Positions 8,106-19,431 of a stretch of DNA of 20,000 nucleotides are shown one piece after another. The position numbers were made by a program, and so were the translations under genes. How positions within the stretch are numbered: position 1 is the stretch's first letter; each line of letters starts with the position of its first letter. Source of the stretch: Halocafeteria seosinensis (lineage: Eukaryota); contig LVLI01000587.1 in NCBI GenBank assembly GCA_001687465.1, positions 46,516 to 66,515 on the forward strand, given 5' to 3'. The notes under the pieces were generated by a model. The model did not search any database. It was not told where the DNA came from and saw nothing but the letters and a program-made list of their open reading frames with translations.

Positions 8106-10772
8106 ATGCCCCAATCGAGCACGCGAAAGCGCTCTGGGAGCGGTAAGAGCGATACGAGTGACAAAGAAAACAAGCAACAGGAGGAAGGGTCTGCGACCGA
8201 AGCTCAGAAATCCCACCATGACAAACCCGAAGCTATACAGAGTGATACAGGCGAAACCACAGAGCAATCAGCAGCCTCAATGGAGGAGCATGAGCCACCG
8301 CAATATACGCCCAAGGAATTGATGGTGTCGGTTGAAGCACAAGATGCTGCGCGCTCAGTGATTGAGACAGTAATTGACGAGGGCGCCAATCGACTGTATC
8401 GTAAATATTTAGATGAACGAGTGATTCCCTACGCGGCTAAGCGCATTTGCGATGATCTATGGAGGGCAATGGATATGGTCATGATACAGCCGGATCCAGG
8501 GGAAAATATGTGGTCCATCGAACCACCTTGGAATGCGCCAACGGCATCGCCCATCAAGAGCGCCGAGGAAGATGTTCGAGGCGCCTCTGCGTCCTCTTCT
8601 AAGAGGGATGATACAGACGCAGTAGAACGAACACCTCACGAAGGTGCTTCCGAAAGTCCGCGCCAGGCGGCTCCCGGAGCGACAGAGGATCAGGAACGAC
8701 CGGTATCTCACTCGCTCTCGGCGAAGCACAGTTCAACGGAACACTCAAACGCATTGTTGTCACACGGTAACAGGAGTAGGAGTGAGGAAGAATTTGATCG
8801 ACAAAGAGCTCTAGAAGAGTTTGAAAAGAACTACCCGGGTCTCAAAGATCAGCCTTCATTAATGGGGACGTGTGAAGAACCTCCCAAACCGGAGCAGGTA
8901 GATACATGGGCAAGGAACGCCATTCCAGTCAAACCAAAGCGTCCTGTAAAGCAGGAACGACGGCTTCCCTCAGGGAAAAGTTCGCGAACTGCAAAGTCTT
9001 TGAGGAGCAGCCGTCGCAGACTTTCAAGTGATAAGGGCTCCAGTAAAGCTTCAAGTGCTCATGGTTCGGAACGCCGAAAAAGCTCAGAGCAGAAACAAGC
9101 ATCACAACCCAAGGTCATCGATTTGGACGACCCTGCTTCACAGATAGCAGTAATGGATGAGCTCGCCCGAGTCAGTACCGCTGATGCAGAACTTCTGCAG
9201 CGTAGGCTCGGAATACCCGACAGGCCCAACACGAACGAAGGCCATCGGAAAGACAGTTCATCTATGAATGAAGACCAGCTGCGTCTGCGAGAGGCAACTC
9301 TTGCTTCGATGCGGAGTAACACAGGAAGACAAAGTGACAGAGACTCTTCAGCAGGAGATAAAACAAGAAGGGGAAGCGGTCGTGTCGGGAAGAAGAAAGG
9401 AGACAAATCCAGTAAAGCGTCCAATGTGCAGCCCAACGCCAGCCGACTTCCTGAAGCCCCATCAAACGCCGACTTCCGTATATCACAGGGTACGAAATTA
9501 AAGCGGCACTATAAATCCAGCGGCAGCTCCGAGGCTGACAGCCAACCAGATAGAAACAGAGCAGAATCGTCGTACCAATCAGTGAAAGGGGGCCACGTAG
9601 AGTTCGATGTTGGCACTCAGGGATATGAAAAAGGACCGGGGAAGGGTGCTAAGTCCAGAGGAATACTAGAGCAGTACAAGTTGAAGCAGCAAACTGCAGA
9701 GGGACGTAGTAGCGAGCAAGAGTATTATCAGCCGCCGAATCAACCTGTTATGAATCTATCGAAGAGCAGTGTGACCGTTGGTCAGGGAGTGACCATTCGC
9801 GAAGGCAAGAAGACTCGTAGTGGACCTAAACGGAAGAAAACTCAAGCTTCTGCTACAGGAAAACCATCAGCTGATAGTGGTAAACATACGTCCAAAATTT
9901 CGTATATCTGCGAAAGGAACCCGGAGTTACGCCAATCTATGAAGGACATGAGGCGAGGTTCGCTGAGAAGAGGAAGTCGTGATGATGAGGGTCAAGGGAG
10001 TGTCGACTCTGAGACTCATGTTCCCATCTCACAGGAGGATGGGGAACTCGCAATAAATGAGGAACCTTCAGGAGGCCTCAATTCGTCAACATCTCAACTG
10101 GGTGGTGCAGCACAAATAGGACACGAGAGCAGTTACGAGGAGGAGGCGACGCTGCGTAATCCACCGTCTCCCGCTGAACAGGACGATGATGGCAATCGCA
10201 AAGAAACTGAAGGAGAGCAAGAAGACCATAACGAGCCCCGAGACGCATTTATTGCTGCGGAAGAAAGTTTTGATGAAGAGCATAAACACTCACGATCCTG
10301 GCACCGGGCGCGTACTGATGGAACTGATTCACATCGACAACGAGAGAGACAGAGCCCAGAGCACGTCCGGGACCGGCATTCCCCCGGTGCCGAAAGCGAC
10401 AAATTTATGAGCGAGCAAGTTCATTCGTATGCCAAGGTGCAAAATTCCAAAAGGTCGCTGTTTCAGTACCCTAATGCCTCCAAATCTGCTTCTGGGAAGG
10501 TAGCAGCCGGTGGATCAAGCGGTTCGTCCACGTTTATGTCTGCTGGAAATATGGCACTCCGTGACTCGCGTTTCTACGGAGGTGAATCACATGAGTCTAA
10601 AACTAGTATGAGTCATCGAAACGTGTATGGGCTCAGCTGGGAACGTACCAGGCAAAAATCTGGGAAAATGAATATTAACAATGAGGAAAAAGCATATTCG
10701 CTACTGGGATTGTCTCCCTCCCGTCGACGGGGAAGTGGTCCTGAAGCACTTGAGCGATCCAGCCCCCGGTGA
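8106..10772 (+). CDS. C2orf81: C2orf81/DUF4639-like protein, largely low-complexity; probable start ATG 8106 (ORF open from 7782)
   Basis: Block ARSVIETVIDEGANRLYRKYLDERVIPYAAKRICDDLWRAMDMVMIQPDPGE plus EEPPKPEQVDTWARNAIPV resembles the C2orf81 N-terminal domain (..Y...cIPf.......DxGE...EEP....DsWA.g.vPV). There is also a later GVTIREG...GP motif. ATG 8106 is in an AAAATG context where the composition becomes coding-like. Confidence 0.7.
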   Translation: MPQSSTRKRSGSGKSDTSDKENKQQEEGSATEAQKSHHDKPEAIQSDTGETTEQSAASMEEHEPPQYTPKELMVSVEAQDAARSVIETVIDEGANRLYRKYLDERVIPYAAKRICDDLWRAMDMVMIQPDPGENMWSIEPPWNAPTASPIKSAEEDVRGASASSSKRDDTDAVERTPHEGASESPRQAAPGATEDQERPVSHSLSAKHSSTEHSNALLSHGNRSRSEEEFDRQRALEEFEKNYPGLKDQPSLMGTCEEPPKPEQVDTWARNAIPVKPKRPVKQERRLPSGKSSRTAKSLRSSRRRLSSDKGSSKASSAHGSERRKSSEQKQASQPKVIDLDDPASQIAVMDELARVSTADAELLQRRLGIPDRPNTNEGHRKDSSSMNEDQLRLREATLASMRSNTGRQSDRDSSAGDKTRRGSGRVGKKKGDKSSKASNVQPNASRLPEAPSNADFRISQGTKLKRHYKSSGSSEADSQPDRNRAESSYQSVKGGHVEFDVGTQGYEKGPGKGAKSRGILEQYKLKQQTAEGRSSEQEYYQPPNQPVMNLSKSSVTVGQGVTIREGKKTRSGPKRKKTQASATGKPSADSGKHTSKISYICERNPELRQSMKDMRRGSLRRGSRDDEGQGSVDSETHVPISQEDGELAINEEPSGGLNSSTSQLGGAAQIGHESSYEEEATLRNPPSPAEQDDDGNRKETEGEQEDHNEPRDAFIAAEESFDEEHKHSRSWHRARTDGTDSHRQRERQSPEHVRDRHSPGAESDKFMSEQVHSYAKVQNSKRSLFQYPNASKSASGKVAAGGSSGSSTFMSAGNMALRDSRFYGGESHESKTSMSHRNVYGLSWERTRQKSGKMNINNEEKAYSLLGLSPSRRRGSGPEALERSSPR

Positions 10773-11934
10773 AGTACACCGCCATGGACTCAAGCAAGGG
10801 GAGCTGTCGCTTTAAGATTTGGGCGCTCGTCATGTCCAGTGCCTCCCGTGGACCATGTAAAGACCAATTAATCCCATTATGCGTTGATGACGTGTTCGGA
10901 GCAGTTCATGTGAGAAACACAAGTATATACAGTATGCCCGCTCTGGTAGAGTGCACAGAAGAGTGCGTCTCGCATGCGAGGCTGCACCTCCAAGGCGCGA
11001 ACGCGAGCCTTGAAACTTCTTGTGACACACATTTGGAATGGATTAATACACAACAGTTTACACCATGTAAACACAGAACCATCGTACGTTTAGTGGGTTG
11101 ATTTCATCGGAAGGATCTAGATCCTCTGGATGCAATAGTTTCATGAGCGATAGGATAAATACAATTCTGTAGAAGCCCACCTGAATCGTCCTCCCCTTCC
11201 AAGTTGGAGCAGGGAATTACCACGTTAACCATTCCAGGAGAACTACCGATGACTGCGAGATGATCGACGGTGGAACATCAGGTCCAAGCGTCTAAGTGAG
11301 AGACTGCAAGCTGAAATCAAATTTATCATTTCGTCTTTTGGAGAAAAAGCCAAGGGCGTACTGTAGCCATCATAGAAAGAGTAGAGCTCCGCATCTGAAG
11401 TTTCTATAAATCGGCGCCTATGAGGATACGATCTGCAGACTGCACTGTCGAGTAGCTTTGAGTGAGCCAGCACGGTAGAGTACGAACGGTTCCTGGATTC
11501 CTGACATTCGAAGGGTATACTGTATTTTGATACAAATCGCGACACTCACCCGCCGATCTCGAATACGACAAAACGGTCTTTGTATTTTTATCCAAAAGTT
11601 TGAATACCTGCGTCTCGGTAAATACAGTCTGTTGTATCTATCCATGCCCTCGAAGCAACTTGTCCGTTGAGCAACTTGACCAGTGCTTTTTTGAATTCCA
11701 AACCTTGGAATTTCCAAAGGGCATGCCATGCATGAGTCAATATAACAGGATTGTTTCTCATTCTTTCTCTACCGAGTAGTATATGAAACAAGACAGGAAA
11801 ACGTAAACAATACAGCCGTATGCGCCATAGAGCCGAATTCGGAAAGATTGGACCTCTTGCTGAAGTGGTCATTGGATTTGAATCGGGAAACAACAAAAAG
11901 GCTTTTCTTGGGGGCTCCACAGGGGAAAAATACG

Positions 11935-13944
11935 ATGGAGGAAGTCAAGCGTCAATTGATGGATTCCAAGGGTTTATTACAGTCTACCTCCCTCTTGTCG
12001 TCGACTCTGAGTAGTCAGACAAGCTCTGGGAGCACAGGGGTGACCCCTAGGAACCATTTTATGGGTCGAAAAGAGCAGAAAAAGTGGGGGAAATCGCTGA
12101 TTTTGCCCTCCAAAGAGGACATTTTGGGCTTTCTTCGCCATTCTACCACATACAATGACCGTGAAAATTTGTTCCATTTCACGGACTACGAGGTCATCAA
12201 GTCCATCTGGACGGCCAATCACCGCCTATCCTTGATATCGAGCTTACAGCAGCAAAAACAAGGTGGAAGTGGAGCTGAAGAGATGCCCTTCCTGGAAGAT
12301 GTGGTCATTGGTAAGTTCCGCTATATGCATACGCTAATTTTTCAAATTTAGCGTTCGGTACTATTCACGGAATCGAACTTACCCTTGCCGAACTTTTGGA
12401 TGGCAGAACTACGGTCTCAGGAGCAAACTGGAAAATTGACATTACGGGAATCAGCTTTGGAAGATCCTAATCATCTAATCCATTTACTCCAGGACAATAT
12501 TCCAAGTTTTTTGGACTATCCGGAATGTTTACCCGATCGCGAGATGCGCAGTCTTTTTATCAACAAGATGAGAAATTGTCACTCATGGAATGAACTGCAG
12601 GCAGCAGTGGGGACTTTGTTGGAGCAACTCATCCTTCGACAATACTCGATTCATGAAAACCAAAATGCCTCGGCCAAAATGGAAGAGCTTCTGTTGGAAG
12701 AAGAGGAAAATGAAAGCACTAAAAAGAGCACTAGCAAGCAGTCCGGTGCGTCCCGCAGGAAAAAGAAAAACAGCAAGAAGAGCAGTGCCAGTCAGAAGAG
12801 CTCTAACACGCATACTCAACAGATTTCTGGTTCCAGCAGTCCCTCGAGAAAGGGAACATACAAATGCAATGAGGAGGAACACGAAGATGGTGAGCCAGGC
12901 AATTCTACCAAGTCCTATTCACACCAGGAGATTGAGCATGAAGACATGCATGACGAAGGTGAAGACCCGCCTTCTCATAGTAGTTCTGCCCTCAATACAA
13001 GCAGCTCGAGCTCGCCTTTGCGAGATGCATTGTCCAAGCATGACGAACAAACTGCAGAGCAGGACGAGACAGATGGGCCGACACAAAGTGCGCTAGATAC
13101 TAGTGCTCCAGACCTCAGACATGATGCGCACAAAAACGGTCGACAGTGCAGCAATCTTGCCGTGGATCCTTCAGCTTCACCAGTCCTTATCGAAGTTGGA
13201 AGAGAATACGGAGGAGCTGGTATTGTCTCTGAGCATGAGGCCGAATCCGCTTCCAGTACGAGTGGCTACAGTCCTAAATGGACACGTGTGGTGGAACAAC
13301 GATGCCATAGACGACGACACCGATACGTCACTGCTCCCCCACATGAGGAGCAAGAAGAGGATGACGACTATCACCACGTGCCTACGGCTCCTTTGACCCC
13401 AACCACATACATTCGCCGCAACCAGACCACTTCAGCATCTGTGCATGAGGAACAAGAAGGAGAGCATCAGCCGCAGCCGTATGATGATGACGAGGACCAT
13501 GAGTATTATACTGCGTCCAGCCTTCGATCATGCAATAGTTATGACCCGAATGCCGAATCGGAGCGTCATTATCAGGAGCGTGTGCATTTCATTCAAATGT
13601 ACCAGCACTTATTGAATAATTATATCCAACAATCGAGGTGCTATCCACCTCCTCAGATCCAAGCAATGGCGCATGCACAAGCGTATGCGCAAGTGTTTGG
13701 CGCCACGGATTACTCCAATGCCCCAGCTCAAGTGCTCCCCATGCACATGTATCCTGACCTCATGCTTGCCAAGGGACAAGTGTATCCCTCCTCATCGATC
13801 AGTGCTCCTCAGCATCAGCATCAGCAGCAGGAGCAAGGGAGAGTGATTTCCGTGTATGGAGAAGACCAGCATAATCATCAACGGCGTCTTCGAGCCAATG
13901 CTGCCGAGTTCGTACCTGGAGTGTCCTCTCAGAAAGACACATAG
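11935..13944 (+). CDS. Uncharacterised protein with a C-terminal PAM2 (PABP-interacting) motif; probable exons 11935-12310 and 12407-13944 (start uncertain)
   Basis: The GTAAGT donor at 12311 is phase-compatible with the CAG acceptor at 12406 (96-nt intron), giving EDVVI-ELRSQEQ. The protein has an EELLLEEEE...RRKKKNSKK charged segment, a long disordered region, a Q/Y/P-rich tail and LRANAAEFVP near the C-terminus. Confidence 0.7.
13888..13917 (+). other. PAM2 motif LRANAAEFVP
   Basis: Matches the PAM2 consensus L-x-x-x-A-x-E-F-x-P within a disordered C-terminus. Confidence 0.75.
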
Positions 13945-14065
13945 TTCATCGTCATCGTCGTATAGACTATAGTACCGCAGCCGAAGACAATAGACTGTCC
14001 ATCAACTTGGCTCAGTGTATCTGAGGTCATTTGGTTTGATTTCATTCATTTAAGAGGTAATTTCA

Positions 14066-14128
14066 TTAATTAATTAATTGATTAATTATATATCTATCTA
14101 TAGTGTAGTGTGTGTGTGTGAATAAATA
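14066..14128. repeat. Compound microsatellite / AT-rich tract: (TTAA)n, (TA)n, (TCTA)n, (TG)n
   Basis: TTAATTAATTAATTGATTAATTATATATCTATCTATAGTGTAGTGTGTGTGTGTGAATAAATA, directly upstream of ATG 14132. Confidence 0.8.
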
Positions 14129-14131
14129 ACA

Positions 14132-15133
14132 ATGGATTCCTTGAATAACGTGAATGCGTTGAAGGACCTCTTGGACCAATACCAGACCCAAGACACGACA
14201 GATACAGGAGCTGCAGGTACGTACAACAAACAGAAAGGAATTAACGGTCACACCACTCGCCAGGAAAAAGATTTTGAGTGGAGACAGGAATCGAAAGAAC
14301 CTTTTCGACACTTGTTCGAATTTGAAATGTGCAGGAAGTGGAGGAGGAGGTTTGCATCCCGGAAATCTGTTCCCTGGGGATGAAACTCGGAAGCAGGAGG
14401 ACTCGTCAGCACAAGGTACGGCTCATCTCGTTGTTCAGACCGCCTGTCGATGTGTAAAATGTGATTGACGAACTGGGAACTGCAGTGGTGAATGCAAAAA
14501 CCAAAGTCCTGTCGGGACCAGAATTGGCAGCAAGGAATCAGCAGCAGCACAAAGAAAATGACGCCAACGATGCAAGCGGAAAGAGATCAACTGATCCCAA
14601 GGATATTTGGGATACCAATGAGGTGCCTGAAAAAGACGCAATCGATGATGAGGAGGATACCACCCGCGAGAGACCCGAGTAAGTCACGCGACATGGTTCA
14701 AAATGGAGTAAAGTTTTTATCAGTTAGAGTTTCCTGACTTTTTTTGCAGTTATGATATTTTGTATAAACAGGCTGTAACAGCGGAGGATATGTATCTGGG
14801 TATATCAGAGAAAGATCCAGGATCGCATTCGTGTGAACTCATGGTAATCAAAGTGAAAATGCCTGGAGACCGAATGAAAGACATTGACTTGGATGTGACC
14901 GAACAGAGGATCCAAGTGATAAGTCCCAAATAGTAAGCTTTCATGGATATTCTTATTTGGTTATCTCTCAAGCCCCTGCATTGTTTCAAATTTACTATGC
15001 TCCCTACAGCAAACTGAGAACCTACTTGCCCGACCCCGTCAAACACCGCGACGGCAAGGCGAAATGGGACAGCAAAAATTCAACCCTAGTTGTCACTGTG
15101 CCTGTGCATAGAAAAGAGCCTTGGGAAATTTGA
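14132..15133 (+). CDS. DNAAF6: Dynein axonemal assembly factor 6 (PIH1D3/Twister), ~221 aa; exons 14132-14216, 14335-14415, 14486-14678, 14750-14932, 15010-15133
   Basis: Spliced product contains KDIWDTNEVPE...RERPDYDILYKQAVTAEDMYLGISEKDPGSHSCELMVIKVKMPG..MKDIDLDVTEQRIQVISPKYKLRTYLPDPVKHRDGKAKWDSKNSTLVVTVPV, the characteristic PIH1D3 signature with a CS domain. Four GT-AG introns (118, 70, 71, 77 nt) are all phase-compatible; total 666 nt. Confidence 0.93.
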
Positions 15134-15767
15134 GTAGTACCTATGTTGAATGCTTTCGCCGAGGAACTCAAACAACTGACTGCAAAAACATCAGTGAATT
15201 CGAGAAGCGTACACACTTGAAGTGCGCATTGAACCTCTCATTGGCTATTGAACTCAATTAATGGATACGCTGTTGGAGATATCAAAGGTGAATTCTGCAT
15301 TTAGTTGACGCTGTAGTACAGGGCGCAAATGCTTCGTGGCGTTGGAGGTGGAACTGAACTCCGCCAGACTGCAACCCCATCGCGCCCGAATCCATCAGAA
15401 TTCAACATTGATGACGTAGTTTGCCAACTTTGCCCGCATCAAATGATATACATTTTACATGCTACATTATTCCACACCAGATTCTGTTTGGGGCCAGCTG
15501 CCTGAGGAATCGAACGGAGGGACGATCCCGTCGCAACTTGCGACCTAATCCAAGCGACAGTGCGCTGGCTTCCCCCGAGTTCATAGCGAAGTGAATTCAC
15601 CGTCGGATTGTCGAATGTTCGACTATCAGTCTGTGGACCCCTCTGGAGTGTGAATGCCGCATTTTGGGGTGTGTTGCATATTTATCCAAACTAGAAGCGT
15701 GCAAAGAAAACAGAAAAACTTCCGTTGCGACGTCCTTTCCATCTGGATATCTTGAGTACGCAAGACA

Positions 15768-18700
15768 ATGCATTCGGTGCCCTTAGTGTCGTACGACCAC
15801 TCAACTGGGCAGTTCAAAGCCCATGAGGAAGGAATCGAAGTGCTGGAAAAAATCGATGAATTCACCTCCGCTCACACCAGCGGCAGCTCCCGTGAGTCAA
15901 TTGGTAAGTCGGTGTCGGAACGAGATGGGTTTGGTTTCCCCTTTGCCTTCCTCGTCATTGTACGGCGCAAATCAGAGGAGGGAAGGTTATTCAATGGTGC
16001 TAAATTGTTTCTAGTAGTTTCGGGAAATACAGTAGTGGTTTGATTTTAAATCAATCACGATTCTTGGAAATGTTATGTTCCAGGGTTGATAACCGTCGTT
16101 GGGCCACCGATGTCGGGTAAGAGCTGGCTGTTGAATGAAGTAGTTAAGGCGTTGAAAAGCCGAAATCTTCCGACTACGCATCTCTTGGACCATAAGTCTT
16201 CCTCCTCGCCAACGTCGGTGCCCGACAGTGGTAGTACCTACGATAACGGATTTCGGTATGGGGATAAAGATGATGATAGAACTCAGGGTATTCGGATATA
16301 CGATTCCTGCTTCTGGAATGGAAACCAGCGCCTTCTTTTGCTCGATATGGAAGGAATGAGCCCAAGTAAATCCGATCACCTACCTGAATCTTTCGCTGCC
16401 ACTTTGGTTTCTGTAGTCATGGCGGCTACAAGTGTGGTCATATTCAACACTTGTTATTCTGATGAGGAGGATGCCGTTCATAACATGGGTTTATTAAGCT
16501 ATGTCACGTCCGCAATGCGTCTTGAACAAGAAAATCCCGAAGATGCAGAAACATGGAGATCCTGTTTACCAGAAATGCTGTGGACTGTACAAAACTATCC
16601 TGGAGTCCGAGAATCAGAGGCGGAAGGACCGGTTAATGCGAACGAATACATGGAAGCAATACTTTGTCGCAAGAGTACGTAGTGCATAATGTAGTCCTGT
16701 ATGTAAGTTAGCTTGAAGTTTTATGGTTTCTTTTCACTCCGCTTTTGCTGATGCAGACGGGAAAACTCGACATTCGCGAACCCTCAACAAAATCCGTAGC
16801 GATATCATGGAAGCATTTCCAAGTAGAAATTGTCTCGGCCTGGCGTCAATTAGGCAGAATCACTTAGCGAAAGAAGGCGAGACAGAAAGCAGCGAGGCGA
16901 AGCATATAACGGATCTACTGCTTCAAGACACTCCAGGAAAATCATCCGGAGGAGTTCCTGTCTCGGGTACCGTCTTGGCTAGAGTGATTGAGGTGGCTGT
17001 TGACGCCACCAACAGAGGCACACTTACTTCTATGATTCACGCTTGGGAAACTGGAATGTGGGAAAGTGGTCCCACTTTAGTTCGAATAACCACTAACAAG
17101 TACACAAAAATGTTAAAAAGGTCAGTTCAGCGTAGATCGAAGAACGAACCGATCGTCTTATCAGCCTGTGGCTTTGATGAACCGGACAACGATGACAGCA
17201 CGGAAATTCCGGTAACAGACCTTCCATGCGATGACGAGTTTTTAAAGCAACAGGAGGAAATGGTCAAAGACACCGCGGTTACATTCTTTGAAAAACTATC
17301 CCCATCAAACATGAAATTGCGCATGTTCCGCCATTATGAGCAACAAATCCGCGACGAAATCGCCAACCAATTCAAAAACATTATACGTGAGAATGCCCAT
17401 GAGAAGTATCAGCATTGCTCTCAAATAGCTGAAGACGTTTGCGTCAATCCTGTTCGAAAGGTTTACAAAGAAGAAAACCGTAGCATCCAAGAACAAACTG
17501 TCAATCTTGAAAAGCAAGTAGAGGCGCTAAAAACAGCTCGGCCTGACGAAATGCAAGAGAAACTAAACCAACTTGCCCGTTCGGTTGTGTCTCGAATAAA
17601 AAGTGTGCCGCCTCGGCGAGTAGTGTTTACGTGGATGGAGACTATGAAGGAGTACAAAAGGGAATACGGGCGCGAAGAAAAATGCGACGCGCTCTTGGAT
17701 ACGACCCTTGACAATGTATACACTTGGACTAGTGAATTGATAGACGTGTTTGCGGACGGAATGGAAAAGGTAGTATTCGACTTCCTCAACCTTTACAACG
17801 AAACACTGCAATGTTTACCTGAGGAATTTCAGGCAGATCCTTCCGGAATCACAGCTCGTCTACAGGAGCAACGAAAGGAAATCGAGACGTTAAGAAATGG
17901 AAATGAGGAGAAAGATAAGAAGATTAGGGAACAAGACGAGAGCATCAAAACACTAAACTCTGAGAGTAAAAATAAAGACAGTCACATCGACGAGCAAAAG
18001 GAAACGATTCAGTCTTTGTTCGACGAGTGCAAGAAGAAGGACGATCAAATCAGTGAGAAAGAGCATGAAGTTAAGAGAGTTGCATTGTTCTCGCAAAACG
18101 GAGGCACGGATACTTCTCCGAAGAATCGCAGGAATTCTTCTACTTCGCTTCCTCGATCTCGTAGTTTCTCAGCAAAGACTAAGGACAAGTGGCACAATAG
18201 TGTTGAACATTTACACGAAGAATTGAACAAGTATACCGCCAGGTGTGAGAACCTTGAAAAGGTAATAAAGCAGCTAAACTTGGAGAATGAAAGACTTAAG
18301 AGTTCTCTAAAGGAGAAAGAAGATCATTGGAAGGACAAGGTTTCAGAATTGGAGAATGAATCAGCTCGTTATAGGTGTCAGCTTGAGCAGATCGGTACTT
18401 TCGACAGTGTGTTCTCGACTTCTGATATCCGGGAACACAAGGAAATGGAAAGACACAGTAAGCTAATTAGTGGTGTATCACCACTTCGAACGAGTGCGAG
18501 CACCATTCATCAATACGAGCACCTAAACAGGACGTTGCGTCGGGAATTAGATGCAAGTAATGCAATCCGGCAGCGGTATGAGGCGGAACTTCAGGAATGG
18601 AAAACTCTCTGCTCTAGAATTCAGAGTCGGTGTGCCTCGTTACAGCGCCAGGCGCGAGGAAGAGCGGACGCGAATATTGTCCAACGCTGCCTTAAACGGA

Positions 18701-19431
18701 TTCATTCTATTCAGCGAAACGCACTTTCTCATCTTGGTAAAGCATATTGCCTGAAAATGAACCAGCAAAAAACCCTTCGTGTGTTTAAGAAACTATGTGC
18801 AGGCGTGGAAGTTCATAAGCACAATAAAGGCAATCGTAAAAAGGCACTACGTGTGCTGATAGTACAACCGCATGGCGAGTCATTAAACTGGTGCGAACCG
18901 GGGTCAGAGCAGAAGGTGTATATGTTGCCTCCCGAGAAAGGTGTTCGGATCGACCAGATCACGAGTGTGGCGATGGGTTGGCAAAACTCTACGTTTGGTG
19001 AAAGCAAGGAGAAGCCGGAGAATCCTCGATGTTGCTTCACTATTTACACCCAAGACCGAAGCTACGATTTCGAGACCCAAAGCCCAGAGGATACTGTCGA
19101 TTGCGTATTTTTCCTCCGTCGTATGAAGATTGTTGCCGGAATGTCAGAAATGGCGGATGCAATCTGCTCTCGGGTGCGCGTGTATTTGGCCAACGTTGGC
19201 CTTCAGCTACCTGAACTCGCCCAGGAAGCGGGCTTTGGAGAAGAAGGAACCAAAGAATATCTTCGCTACATTTATGAGAAAAGCAAGTCCGCTACAACTG
19301 CTTCGCAAAGGTTTACACCTTCGATGCTGGACGGTTTCCTGTCGCCAGTAGTTTCACAGCGGGACACCTCTCATACAGGTCAGCTGAACGGAAGCGATAC
19401 GAAAGTAGGTAGTCCAGCAAGGCTCCTGTAA
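15768..19431 (+). CDS. Guanylate-binding protein (GBP/atlastin-type) GTPase-like domain + helical/coiled-coil region + C-terminal PH domain, ~1133 aa; exons 15768-15903, 16084-16674, 16757-19431
   Basis: GBP motifs appear in order: VPLV...F....EGIEVL, ITVVGPPMSGKSWLLN (P-loop), TQGIRIY, LLLLDMEG, SVVIFN, PEMLWTVQNY, NEYMEAIL, NKIRSDIMEAFPSRNC, GVPVSGTVLARVIEVAVDATNRG. Introns 15904-16083 and 16675-16756 are phase-compatible. A heptad-rich E/K/Q region spans ~17850-18660. Confidence 0.85.
18781..19130 (+). other. PH domain (PLC/Num1-like type) within the GBP-like gene
   Basis: LCAGVEVHKHNKGNRKKALRVLIV...LNW...VRIDQITSVAMGWQNSTF...CCFTIYTQDRSYDFETQSPEDTVDCVFFLRRM follows the L..G....K...........L.W....I.i..I..V..G.....F....CFsI....RsLDl.a pattern. 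Confidence 0.8.

Noticed and set aside
11112..11125. Palindrome AGGATCTAGATCCT (also GTCGCAA-C-TTGCGAC at 15530-15544)
   Set aside because: 7-bp arms are expected about once per 20 kb by chance.
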